Source: Pseudomonadota bacterium
Lineage (GTDB): Bacteria; Pseudomonadota; Alphaproteobacteria; Sphingomonadales; Sphingomonadaceae
Reading direction: 5' to 3'
Assembly (NCBI GenBank): GCA_023457895.1
Contig: JAEXAY010000012.1
Coordinates: forward strand, 2,512 to 66,511
Length of the DNA stretch: 64,000 nucleotides
The position numbers and the translations under genes were made by a program. The notes beneath the pieces are model-generated. The model made no database searches. It had not been told where the DNA came from and was given only the letters and a program-made list of their open reading frames with translations. Positions 15,764-25,029 of the stretch are shown here, piece by piece (position 1 is the first letter of the stretch; every line of letters starts with the position of its first letter).

Positions 15764-17743
15764 ATGATCGCAGAAATCGGGCTGGCCCTTTTGTGGGTGG
15801 CCGCCGCGCTGGCGATCATGCAGATCATTGTCGGCAGCATTTCACTCCGCCCCGGACGCGAGGCGCTGGGCGGCATTGTGCGCCCTGTCGCCGCCGTTCA
15901 GGGATTGTTGACGCTTGCCGCGTTTGGCTGCCTCATCTGGCTGTTCGTACAAACTGACCTGTCCGTCGATCTCGTCGCGCGCAATAGTCATGTCGACAAG
16001 CCGTTGATGTTCAAGATTGCCGGAGCATGGGGCAATCATGAAGGCTCGATGCTGCTATGGGTTTCAATTCTGGGAGCAGCCGGCGCGGGGGTAGCCCTTC
16101 TTGAACGGCGTATCCAACCGCGCACATTGGTTGCCACCCTAGTTGCGCAGGCAATCCTGTCGCTTGGTTTCTATGCGTTTTTGCTGTTTGCTTCCAATCC
16201 GTTCGCGCGGCTCAATCCGCCTGCGCCGACCGGGATGGGTCTCAACCCGCTGCTGCAGGACCCGGGCCTCGCCTTCCACCCTCCGACGCTTTATCTTGGA
16301 TATGTCGGTCTCTCGGTCGCGTTCAGCTTCGCGGTCGGTGCGCTGCTGACGCGCGATGTCGGTCCCGCCTTTGCCCGCGCCATGCGGCCCTGGGTGATGG
16401 GCGCGTGGATTTTCCTTACCCTCGGGATCACCGCCGGCAGTTACTGGGCCTATTATGAACTGGGCTGGGGCGGCTGGTGGTTCTGGGATCCGGTTGAAAA
16501 TGCCTCTCTCGTGCCTTGGCTCGCTGCGACCGCTCTGCTCCATTCGGTCAGCGTGACCGCAACACGCGACGCTTTGCGGGCCTGGACCGTCATGCTCGCA
16601 GTGGTTGCTTTCTCCATGTCGATGGTCGGCACCTTCATTGTGCGTTCGGGCCTTCTTACCAGCGTTCATGCCTTTGCGGTCGATCCTACGCGCGGTTCCT
16701 TCATTCTCGCGCTGCTGGTCCTTTATATCGGCGGGGCGCTCGCGCTGTTCGGCGCGCGGATTGGTACGGTTGCCGAAGGCGAGAAGTTCGATCTGGTGAG
16801 CCGCGAGGGCGGACTGGTGATCAACAACCTCCTGCTTTCGGTGATCCTCGCCGTCACACTGATCGGAACGCTATGGCCGATGGTCGCCGAGGCGATGGGC
16901 GACAAGGTGTCGATCGGACCGCCTTATTTCAACAAGGTCAACGGACCTGTTGCGCTGTTGCTGGTTGCCGTGATGGCCGTCGGCCCCTTGTTGCGCTGGC
17001 GGCGCGATAACGCCTCCGCGCTTCTCAACAAGCTGTTTGTTCCGCTCGGTGCAGCCTTCGCGACGCTGATCGTCGCGCTCATTGTCAGCAAGGGCATGGG
17101 CGTGCTGCCGCTGCTCGGTTTGGCTTTGGCTGTCGGTGTCGGCATCGCCAGCCTGCTGCCTCTCAGGGGCCGCAAGCTGTTGCGCACCCCGCTGACGATC
17201 TGGGGCATGGTGCTGGCGCATCTCGGGGTGGCCGTAAGCCTTGCCGGGATGGCATCGGAAACCGCCTTTACCACCGAAAAGCTCGTGGCAGCGAAGTCCG
17301 GTGACCTGATCCATGTTGCGGGCTGGCGGGTGCGATTTGTCGATACGCTCCCGGTCGCCGGGCCCAACTGGACGGCCATCGAGGGCCGGATTGCGGCGCA
17401 GAGCGAGGAGGGCGGCAAGCGTCATGTTCTGCGGCCGCAGGCGCGCACCTTCATGCAGCCGATGATGCGCGATCCGTCGGGCCTGCCCGCGAGCACGACC
17501 ACCAACGAGGCGGCCCTGCTCACGCGCTGGAACGGGCAGCTCTACGCGGTCATCGGCGATCAGAACGAGGATGGCCGCTGGCAACTGCGATTGTGGTGGA
17601 AACCCTTTGTTACGTTGATCTGGTTCGGCGGCATCATGATAGCGGCGGGCGGCGGACTGGCGCTGCTCGGGCGTCTCGACCTGTTCCGTCGTCTGCGTCT
17701 TTATTTCCGCCGCCGGGCCGAGCGGCGATGGGAGCGAGCATAA
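15764..17743 (+). CDS. ccmF: Cytochrome c heme lyase subunit CcmF
   Basis: 659 aa, polytopic, with the WGGWWFWDPVEN WWD motif. Confidence 0.96.
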   Translation: MIAEIGLALLWVAAALAIMQIIVGSISLRPGREALGGIVRPVAAVQGLLTLAAFGCLIWLFVQTDLSVDLVARNSHVDKPLMFKIAGAWGNHEGSMLLWVSILGAAGAGVALLERRIQPRTLVATLVAQAILSLGFYAFLLFASNPFARLNPPAPTGMGLNPLLQDPGLAFHPPTLYLGYVGLSVAFSFAVGALLTRDVGPAFARAMRPWVMGAWIFLTLGITAGSYWAYYELGWGGWWFWDPVENASLVPWLAATALLHSVSVTATRDALRAWTVMLAVVAFSMSMVGTFIVRSGLLTSVHAFAVDPTRGSFILALLVLYIGGALALFGARIGTVAEGEKFDLVSREGGLVINNLLLSVILAVTLIGTLWPMVAEAMGDKVSIGPPYFNKVNGPVALLLVAVMAVGPLLRWRRDNASALLNKLFVPLGAAFATLIVALIVSKGMGVLPLLGLALAVGVGIASLLPLRGRKLLRTPLTIWGMVLAHLGVAVSLAGMASETAFTTEKLVAAKSGDLIHVAGWRVRFVDTLPVAGPNWTAIEGRIAAQSEEGGKRHVLRPQARTFMQPMMRDPSGLPASTTTNEAALLTRWNGQLYAVIGDQNEDGRWQLRLWWKPFVTLIWFGGIMIAAGGGLALLGRLDLFRRLRLYFRRRAERRWERA

Positions 17744-18276
17744 TGAAAAGCTGGATCAAATGGGTGCCGCTGGCGATAGCGGCCCTCCTGCTCGGCATGT
17801 TTTTGCGCGGCCTCGTCAATCCTGAAGGCCAGCAACAATTGATTGCATCCAAATGGATTGGCAAGCCGATGCCGGTTTTCGACCTTCCGGCTGCCACCGA
17901 GGGGGTTAAGGGGCTGAAAAGCACCGACCTCGCCGATGGGCAACCGCGCATCGTCAATATCTTTGCGAGCTGGTGCATTCCTTGCGCCGCTGAAGCCCCG
18001 GTGCTGGAACAGCTGAAGCAGAAGGGCGTCATCATCGAAGGCATCGCCATCCGCGACAAGCCGGAAGACGTTGCAAAATTCCTCGTACGCTATGGCAACC
18101 CCTACGCCCGGATCGGCTCGGATATGGATAGCGGGGTTCAGATCGCGATGGGGTCTTCGGGGGTGCCGGAAAGCTTTCTGGTCGACAGCAAGGGGATCGT
18201 GCGCCAGCAAATTCAGGGTGTCATCGTCGAACAGGATATCCCCGATATCATAGCCAAGCTTGAGACGATGAAATGA
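17743..18276 (+). CDS. ccmG: Thiol:disulfide interchange protein CcmG/DsbE
   Basis: Has an N-terminal anchor and a thioredoxin fold with WCIPC. Its ATG overlaps the ccmF TAA (TAATG). Confidence 0.92.
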   Translation: MKSWIKWVPLAIAALLLGMFLRGLVNPEGQQQLIASKWIGKPMPVFDLPAATEGVKGLKSTDLADGQPRIVNIFASWCIPCAAEAPVLEQLKQKGVIIEGIAIRDKPEDVAKFLVRYGNPYARIGSDMDSGVQIAMGSSGVPESFLVDSKGIVRQQIQGVIVEQDIPDIIAKLETMK

Positions 18277-18746
18277 TCGCGCGGTTGATCCTGATACTGA
18301 CTGCCCTGGTGTTGACCTTCCCTGCGACCGCGCAGGACAAGGTGCCGCCCGCGCCCTATGCCTACAAGCAGCTCGAGGACCCGGCGCAGGAAGCGAAGGC
18401 GCAGGCGCTCATGGAAACGCTGCGCTGCCTGACTTGCCAGAGCCAGTCGGTGGCAGACAGCGATGCCTCGATGGCGGGTGATGTACGCAACATCGTGCGC
18501 AACAAGATCAAGGCGGGAGACGAACCCGAAGCGGTGCGGCAATGGCTGGTTGACCGCTACGGCAGCTGGATCAGCTATGATCCGCCGGCGCGAGGGTCCA
18601 CCTTGGTGCTATGGCTCGTTCCCTTGTTGTTGATGGCCGGCGGCATAATATTTGTCTGGCGGCGTTTTGCCAGGTTCGGGGGAGATGCGCCGGTTGTCGA
18701 ACAGCCCGATCGCTTTGATCCTTCGGGCCCGGAGGAGGCGTGCTGA
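18273..18746 (+). CDS. ccmH: Cytochrome c-type biogenesis protein CcmH (CycL)
   Basis: Has a signal peptide, the LRCLTCQSQS CXXC motif and a C-terminal TM helix. It overlaps ccmG by ATGA. Confidence 0.92.
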   Translation: MIARLILILTALVLTFPATAQDKVPPAPYAYKQLEDPAQEAKAQALMETLRCLTCQSQSVADSDASMAGDVRNIVRNKIKAGDEPEAVRQWLVDRYGSWISYDPPARGSTLVLWLVPLLLMAGGIIFVWRRFARFGGDAPVVEQPDRFDPSGPEEAC

Positions 18747-19399
18747 TGCCGAACACATTGCTCGTCATTGCCGGGATTGCGTTGCTGTTGTGGCTGTTGC
18801 TGGCGTTTGCGGCGCGGATGCCCAAGGCCGGCCGCTTGCCGGTCGCTGCCGCACTTGCGCTTGGCCTTGCGGGCTATAGCTGGCAAGGACAGCCCGGCCT
18901 CGCCGGAGCGCCTGCGGAAAAGCCGCTCAAAATGGACGGCTTCGGAGAGGTGATCGATGAGCCCTTGTCGGGACTCACCAACCGTTACGGAGCCCCGGCG
19001 CGATATATCGCTCTTTCCGATGCGCTTGAGCGGCAGGGGAGTTCTGCCAATGCGGCGCGCCTCCTCTATGGCGGGGTGATCCGTTATCCCGAGAGCGCCG
19101 ATCTTTGGGTGGCCTACAGCAATGCTCTGGCCAATGCCTCGGAGGGTGTGATGACACCGGCTGCGGTCGCGGCGGCGGACCGGGCTGCCCAGATCGATCC
19201 CAACCATCCGGGTCCAGCCCTGTTTCTCGGTATGGCGGCGGCGCAGAAACGGGAGTGGGCGGAAGCGCGGCGCCAATGGGAAGGCCTGCTGGCACGTAGT
19301 CCCGACGGCTCTCCCTGGCGGAACGACCTTGAGTCGCGCCTCAAAATGCTCGATGAGGCGGAAGCTGCTGACGCTGATCCGGCGCCCTCTGCGAGATAA
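18746..19399 (+). CDS. ccmI: CcmI/CycH-like TPR protein
   Basis: Has two N-terminal TM segments and then TPR-like repeats. The preferred start is ATG 18746, which overlaps the ccmH TGA and has GGAGGAGG 7 nt upstream. The GTG at 18740 is the alternative. Confidence 0.75.
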   Translation: MPNTLLVIAGIALLLWLLLAFAARMPKAGRLPVAAALALGLAGYSWQGQPGLAGAPAEKPLKMDGFGEVIDEPLSGLTNRYGAPARYIALSDALERQGSSANAARLLYGGVIRYPESADLWVAYSNALANASEGVMTPAAVAAADRAAQIDPNHPGPALFLGMAAAQKREWAEARRQWEGLLARSPDGSPWRNDLESRLKMLDEAEAADADPAPSAR

Positions 19400-19572
19400 A
19401 AACGTCCTATTTCATAGGCTTGTTCGGTTTCCTGGTGACCGCAAAATGTCGCATTGCACGCTCCTGCACTGCATGGTAGCGGCGCGGCTCTTTATCGCTT
19501 GTGGGCGGTTCCTGACAGGGGTAAAGCTAGTCCCGGCTATGCACGTATAGGCAGGCTTTTACAGGGTATTTT

Positions 19573-21528
19573 ATGACCGATACGCCCATGGCTCCGGTGT
19601 CGCAGAGGCCGGACCCGCATCACACCGACATTGATGAAGAACATGGTCATCACCATCAGGGCTCACTTGCCGCGTTGATGGCGGGCGCGATCGGGGTCGT
19701 GTTTGGCGACATCGGTACCAGCCCGATCTACGCGTTTCGCGAAACCTTTGCCGGCCATCATCCGATCCAACCCGACCAGCTTCATATCTATGGCGTGTTG
19801 AGCCTCGTATTCTGGTCGATGATGCTCGTCGTGACGATCAAATATGTCGCGATCATCATGCGCGCCGACAACAAGGGTGAAGGCGGCAGCCTTGCGCTGC
19901 TGGCGCTCATCAACCGCTCGACCGAAGGGGCAAAATGGACGGCGCCCATCATGCTGCTGGGCGTGTTTGCAACGGCGCTGTTTTACGGTGATTCGATGAT
20001 CACGCCGGCCATGTCGGTGCTTTCGGCAACCGAGGGTCTCCAATATATCAGCCCCGGCTTCAAGCCCTATATCGTGCCGATCGCCATCGGCATCCTGTTC
20101 GGCCTGTTCGCAATCCAGTCGCGCGGAACCGAAAAGGTCGGTAAGCTGTTCGGGCCAATCATGATCGTCTACTTCCTGACGCTTGCCGTGCTCGGGATAG
20201 GCCATCTCGTCAAGATGCCCGAAGTCGCACTCGCGATGCTGAACCCGTGGAACGCGGTATTATTCTTCTTGACCGACGGGTTCCGCGCCTTTGTCGCATT
20301 GGGTGCCGTGGTCCTTGCCATTACGGGAGCGGAAGCGCTTTACGCCGACATGGGTCATTTTGGCCGCCGTCCGATCGGCATGAGCTGGATGGGATTTGTT
20401 CTGCCATGCCTGCTGCTCAATTATATGGGACAGGGGGCAATGGTGCTGAGCGCCCCGCCGGAGCAGATGGCCCAACTCATCAAGGATCCCTTCTTCCTGC
20501 TTGCGCCAGACCAGTTCCGCATCCCGGTCGTCATCCTTGCGCTGCTTGCCACCATTATTGCCAGTCAGGCCGTGATTTCAGGCGCTTTCTCGCTGACGCA
20601 ACAGGCGATCCAGCTCGGTTTCCTGCCGCGCATGCGCATCACCCACACCAGTGAAAAAGCGGCGGGGCAGATTTATATTCCAGCCGTCAACTGGGGGCTG
20701 ATGATCGCGGTCATCCTGCTCGTCCTGTTCTTCGGTTCGTCGAGCAACCTTGCGGCGGCCTATGGCATCGCAGTGACCGGCGCCATGTTCATCGACACCA
20801 TTCTGATCGCCGTTGTTCTCTTTTCCCTGTGGAAATGGCCGGTCTGGAAGGCGCTGCCGCTTATCGCCATCTTCATCATGGTCGACATCTCCTATTTCGG
20901 CGCCAACCTCATTAAGGTGCCGGATGGCGGATGGGTGCCGCTTGCCATGGGGCTCATCATTTTCACGTTGCTGACCACCTGGTCACGCGGCCGCAAGCTG
21001 ATGCAGGACCGCATGAAGGAAGCGGCAATGCCGATCCCGGTATTCATCTCGTCGGCCGCCAACAGCGCGTCGCGCGTGCCCGGAACGGCCGTGTTCATGA
21101 CCTCATCGGCGCAAGGCGTTCCGCATGCGCTCCTTCACAACCTCAAGCATAACCGCGTGCTCCATGACCGCATCATTCTGCTGACCATCAAGATCATGGA
21201 CGTGCCGGTCGTTGATGAGGAAAAGCAGACTACGGTCGAGGACCTCGGCAGCGGCTTCCACCGCATGATCATTCGTTATGGTTTCATGCAGGAGCCCGAC
21301 GTGCCGGCGGCGCTTGCGCGTAACACCGGTTGCGGCGCGACCTTCAAGATGATGGATACGAGCTTCTTTCTGTCGCGCCAGACGCTGTTGCCGTCAAAAC
21401 GGCCCGGCATGCCAATCTGGCGCGAAAAGCTGTTTGCGTGGATGATGCGCAACGCGGAAAGCGCGATGGAGTTCTTCCGCTTGCCGACCAACCGCGTGGT
21501 TGAACTCGGCAGCCAAGTGGAAATCTGA
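19573..21528 (+). CDS. kup: KUP/HAK/KT family potassium transporter
   Basis: 651 aa. Has the [11 protein letters not shown] signature, 12 TM helices and a cytoplasmic C-terminal domain. Confidence 0.96.
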   Translation: MTDTPMAPVSQRPDPHHTDIDEEHGHHHQGSLAALMAGAIGVVFGDIGTSPIYAFRETFAGHHPIQPDQLHIYGVLSLVFWSMMLVVTIKYVAIIMRADNKGEGGSLALLALINRSTEGAKWTAPIMLLGVFATALFYGDSMITPAMSVLSATEGLQYISPGFKPYIVPIAIGILFGLFAIQSRGTEKVGKLFGPIMIVYFLTLAVLGIGHLVKMPEVALAMLNPWNAVLFFLTDGFRAFVALGAVVLAITGAEALYADMGHFGRRPIGMSWMGFVLPCLLLNYMGQGAMVLSAPPEQMAQLIKDPFFLLAPDQFRIPVVILALLATIIASQAVISGAFSLTQQAIQLGFLPRMRITHTSEKAAGQIYIPAVNWGLMIAVILLVLFFGSSSNLAAAYGIAVTGAMFIDTILIAVVLFSLWKWPVWKALPLIAIFIMVDISYFGANLIKVPDGGWVPLAMGLIIFTLLTTWSRGRKLMQDRMKEAAMPIPVFISSAANSASRVPGTAVFMTSSAQGVPHALLHNLKHNRVLHDRIILLTIKIMDVPVVDEEKQTTVEDLGSGFHRMIIRYGFMQEPDVPAALARNTGCGATFKMMDTSFFLSRQTLLPSKRPGMPIWREKLFAWMMRNAESAMEFFRLPTNRVVELGSQVEI

Positions 21529-21536
21529 GCCCGATA

Positions 21537-22037
21537 TTAGCCCGCCAAGGCTTCAAGTTCGCGGCGTAGCGTAGCGGGAGCCGCGTAGCGGTTGCCATCG
21601 ACTTCAACCACCATCGTGCCATCATGGCTCGCCGACCCGGTGATCAGCCGTTCCGTGCCATTACCGCACGACAGCCGAACGACCAGCCGGGGATCGACCG
21701 ATGCCGCCTCGCTCGGCGCCAATGAGATGCGGTCCAGCAGTGCCTCGAGTTGCTTCAGCCGCGGGTCGTTTGTGGTGAACTCGCTGACTGGTCCCTTGGC
21801 TTCAGCCATTTCGGGGGTCATCCGTGCCCGCGTGAGCAGGGATTCCTCGACGAGGGCGATCCTGGCCGATGTGAGGGTGCAGTCAGCACGAAGCGTAGCC
21901 GTCATGTTCTTCTCCGGAACAGCCTTGGTCATGGTGTTGTTCGCCGGTGCAGCGGAGCAGGCGCTCGCCGCGACCGTCCATGGCAGGATTATCAATATCG
22001 AACGGGCAATGTTAGTCCCAATCGCCATGCGGTACAT
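21537..22037 (-). CDS. Hypothetical lipoprotein or secreted protein
   Basis: The N-terminus MYRMAIGTNIARSILIILPWTVAASAC has a lipobox-like VAASAC. I recognise no family. It lies 94 nt downstream of the HExxH protein gene on the same strand. Confidence 0.6.
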   Translation of the reverse strand: MYRMAIGTNIARSILIILPWTVAASACSAAPANNTMTKAVPEKNMTATLRADCTLTSARIALVEESLLTRARMTPEMAEAKGPVSEFTTNDPRLKQLEALLDRISLAPSEAASVDPRLVVRLSCGNGTERLITGSASHDGTMVVEVDGNRYAAPATLRRELEALAG

Positions 22038-22131
22038 CCTCCTCAGATGACCATTAGGTGGTGCGTGATGAGCGCGGCATGAACTGCTTGTCCGGGGAAG
22101 ACGGGCTAGACGACAGCAGGCGCCCGGCCGA

Positions 22132-23061
22132 TCATTCGGCCATGGGTATCATCCGCCCGCCGCGACCGCCGTTGTTACCCGGTTTGGTATAGGGCGTATC
22201 ACTATGGTCGGTCGAGGAATTGACGTGGATGACCTCACCATAATGGTCGGTGCGGGTCGGTTCGCCAAGGTCGTGCGCGATCTGCGTTTCCGATCCGGTA
22301 ATCACACGCTTTTCCTCGGTATTGTCATAGCCGTCGCCTGTCGGCTTGGGATTTTTCTGCATCGCTACGGCATGATCGACCTCATGGATGAAGCCAAGGG
22401 CAGGGGACTGATATTTATCCGTGCCGCCGACCTTCAACGCCGAGCGCGGGTCCCAGTTGATTTCCTTTGTGCGTGGATTGTAGCTGTCATCATGCTGGTC
22501 GTTGATGTTGACCTTCTGCCCCTTGGGCAGTTTGGCCAGCAATTCGACCGCCGTCGGTGAAATCGCCTTGCCGTTGGCATCGGCACGCTGGAGATATTCC
22601 AGCATCGCGGCAAACTCTTTCCTGTCGGCTTCACTGGCACCGGACAGGTCGAAATCATCGATCGTCTTGGCGCCCTTAACCGTTCCGTTGGACGGGGTTG
22701 TTCCTTCGGTCTTGCCAGGTCCTTCGGTCTTGTCCGGCCCGGTTCCGTTGTTTTTGGCGGCCCATTCCTCAATCGCTTTCTTGATCTGGTCGATGAAGTC
22801 CTGGATCGAGTCGCCAAAGCCGTCCTTGCGGCCAAGATCGTCTTTCATGCGCGCCAGTTCGCCTTGTTCGACCGGCGACAGCGATTGTCCCTGCGCAGCC
22901 CGGCCTTCGAGTAACGCAAGCCGGGCATTCGGCGCACTCATGTCGTTCGTGCGGATCAGGCTGTTCTGACCGGCACCGGCGAGCGACGCATAGGGCTGAG
23001 GGGAGGCAGGGGGGAGCGAAAGGGGGGATACGCGGCTGGCGGTATTATCAGCAGAAAGCAT
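22132..23061 (-). CDS. HExxH zinc-metallopeptidase, effector/toxin-like (NleD/HopH1 M91-like by motif pattern)
   Basis: HEVDH lies at 22372-22386. It is followed ~20 aa later by DNTEEKRVITGSETQIAHDLGEPTRTDHYG. The N-terminal 180 aa are low-complexity with a GPDKTEG/PGKTEG repeat. There is no signal peptide. Confidence 0.75.
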   Translation of the reverse strand: MLSADNTASRVSPLSLPPASPQPYASLAGAGQNSLIRTNDMSAPNARLALLEGRAAQGQSLSPVEQGELARMKDDLGRKDGFGDSIQDFIDQIKKAIEEWAAKNNGTGPDKTEGPGKTEGTTPSNGTVKGAKTIDDFDLSGASEADRKEFAAMLEYLQRADANGKAISPTAVELLAKLPKGQKVNINDQHDDSYNPRTKEINWDPRSALKVGGTDKYQSPALGFIHEVDHAVAMQKNPKPTGDGYDNTEEKRVITGSETQIAHDLGEPTRTDHYGEVIHVNSSTDHSDTPYTKPGNNGGRGGRMIPMAE

Positions 23062-23201
23062 GGCGGCACCTCATCGTTGCGGGGTCGTGCAATGACTCCA
23101 TCGTCGAAAGCTACGCCTCGCATGTGAGGGTTGCCATCAGCGATTCGTTTAGATTGGCCTCGGCTGATCGTGTCAAACCACTCGCTTTGCCGGTGAAACG
23201 C

Positions 23202-24170
23202 CTATTTCATTTTCGCGAGCAATTCCTCCTTGGCGGCGCGATATTCGGTTTCAAATTGTGCGACCCGGGCTTCGACGCTCGTCACCTCGTGGACCGCGCC
23301 AATGCCTTGGCCCGAGCCCCAGATGTCCTTCCATGCCTTGGCCTGGGTGTTGCCGCCCGAACCGAAGTTCATCGTCGACACATCGCCTTCGGGAAGATTG
23401 TCGGGGTCCATCCCGGCCTTGACGATCGACCCGCGCAGATAATTGCCATGAACGCCGGTGAACAGGTTGGAATAGACGATGTCGGCTGCGCTCGATCCGA
23501 CGATTTCCTGTTTATATTCCGGCTGCGCATTGGCTTCATGCGTGGCGATGAAGGCCGATCCGACATAGGCGAAATCCGCGCCCATCGCCTGTGCAGCGAG
23601 GATCGAGCGACCATGCGCGATCGACCCGGAAAGCGCGACAGGTCCGTCAAACCAGCTGCGGATTTCCTGCATCAGGGCAAAGGGCGATTGCACCCCGGCA
23701 TGGCCGCCTGCTCCTGCGGCGACCGGGATCAGGCCACTTGCGCCTTTCTCGATTGCCTTGCGGGCAAAGCGGTCGTTGATGATGTCGTGCATCACGATCC
23801 CGCCCCAGCCCTTGACCGCGGCGAAGACATCTTCGCGCGCGCCGAGCGAAGTGATGACCAGCGGAACCTGCCATTTGGCGCAGGTCATCATGTCTGCCTC
23901 CAGCCTGTCGTTCGACTTGTGGACGATCTGGTTAACCGCGAAAGGTGCGGCCGGGCGCTCAGGATTGTCACGGTTATGCGCGGCGAGTTCCTCAGTAATC
24001 TGGTGCAGCCATTCGTCGAGCAGACTCTGCGGCCGCGCGTTGAGCGCGGGAAAGCTGCCGACAATCCCGGCCTTGCATTGCGCAATCACCAGTTCGGGGC
24101 CAGAGATAATGAAAAGCGGCGACCCGATGACGGGCAGGCGAAGATGGCTGAACTGGGCGGGCATCGACAT
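23202..24170 (-). CDS. Nitronate monooxygenase / NAD(P)H-dependent flavin oxidoreductase family
   Basis: LPVIGSPLFIISGPELVIAQCKAGIVGSFPALNAR and PVAAGAGGHAG fit a TIM-barrel FMN enzyme. The start is set at ATG 24170, with GGAG 9 nt upstream. Confidence 0.85.
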   Translation of the reverse strand: MSMPAQFSHLRLPVIGSPLFIISGPELVIAQCKAGIVGSFPALNARPQSLLDEWLHQITEELAAHNRDNPERPAAPFAVNQIVHKSNDRLEADMMTCAKWQVPLVITSLGAREDVFAAVKGWGGIVMHDIINDRFARKAIEKGASGLIPVAAGAGGHAGVQSPFALMQEIRSWFDGPVALSGSIAHGRSILAAQAMGADFAYVGSAFIATHEANAQPEYKQEIVGSSAADIVYSNLFTGVHGNYLRGSIVKAGMDPDNLPEGDVSTMNFGSGGNTQAKAWKDIWGSGQGIGAVHEVTSVEARVAQFETEYRAAKEELLAKMK

Positions 24171-24423
24171 GGGCAAACTCCGGCTGGATGCAGGGATACA
24201 GGCTTTCGGGATTGGCGCGGATCGAGGCGGCTGTCCAGTGCTGTTCACAGGATGCAGCGGGCGGCCAGCGGCGAGCCTCGATGCCCTAGCGTTAGGCTCC
24301 AAAGAAAATTTGGGATTGAGAGGTCCGAGGCGGCTTGCAAGGGCGGCGGTCTCTCCGTGTCCTAAACCCGATTGTAAGGTGGCTGCGTGGCTGTTAAATA
24401 TCCGTCATCCAGGAGGGTAAGAG

Positions 24424-24996
24424 ATGAAACATTATGCGGCGCTGTTATGTTCAACCTTTATGATGGCACAGGTGGCGCCTGCGGCTGCCCAGCTGCCGCC
24501 GGGCCTGCTCGGTGGGGACGGATCGGCAGGGCCGCTGCATAGCGAACCCTTCTACAAGAATCCTGCCGACGGTATGTGGGTGCTGATGCGCAACCCCGAA
24601 AATGACGGGTTCAAATGTTCGGTCAATTTCTTCAACCAGGATCAGATGCTTTCAATCCACGGTCCTTGGGATGATGCGATGGCGCGCAAAAATGCAGGAA
24701 TGGTCTGGTTCGACAGCAAGAAAATACCGAACGGCCCGGCGCGCCCGACTCCCGTTCCGATAACGCTCAACAGTGCGGATGGCCCGCAAAATGTAAATGC
24801 GCTGCACGTTGGCATGGGCGGGAAAGGAATGCTGATCCTGTTCATCGATGTCAAAAAGATGGTGAAGGAAAAGCGCGACAGCGACCGTATCAGCGTCACG
24901 ATGAACGGCCAGACGGTGTTCGATCAGTCGCAGGTTCAGTTTCTCAACGCCTATCGCCGTCTCGACCAGTGTATGCAGGCGCGCCGGAGCCGCTGA
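24424..24996 (+). CDS. Hypothetical secreted protein
   Basis: Has a signal peptide (MKHYAALLCSTFMMAQVAPAAAQ) and a GGAGGG RBS. I recognise no family. Confidence 0.65.
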   Translation: MKHYAALLCSTFMMAQVAPAAAQLPPGLLGGDGSAGPLHSEPFYKNPADGMWVLMRNPENDGFKCSVNFFNQDQMLSIHGPWDDAMARKNAGMVWFDSKKIPNGPARPTPVPITLNSADGPQNVNALHVGMGGKGMLILFIDVKKMVKEKRDSDRISVTMNGQTVFDQSQVQFLNAYRRLDQCMQARRSR

Positions 24997-25029
24997 GGAT
25001 ACAGGCTCCCCTTATCGGCTGCCGCAAAG

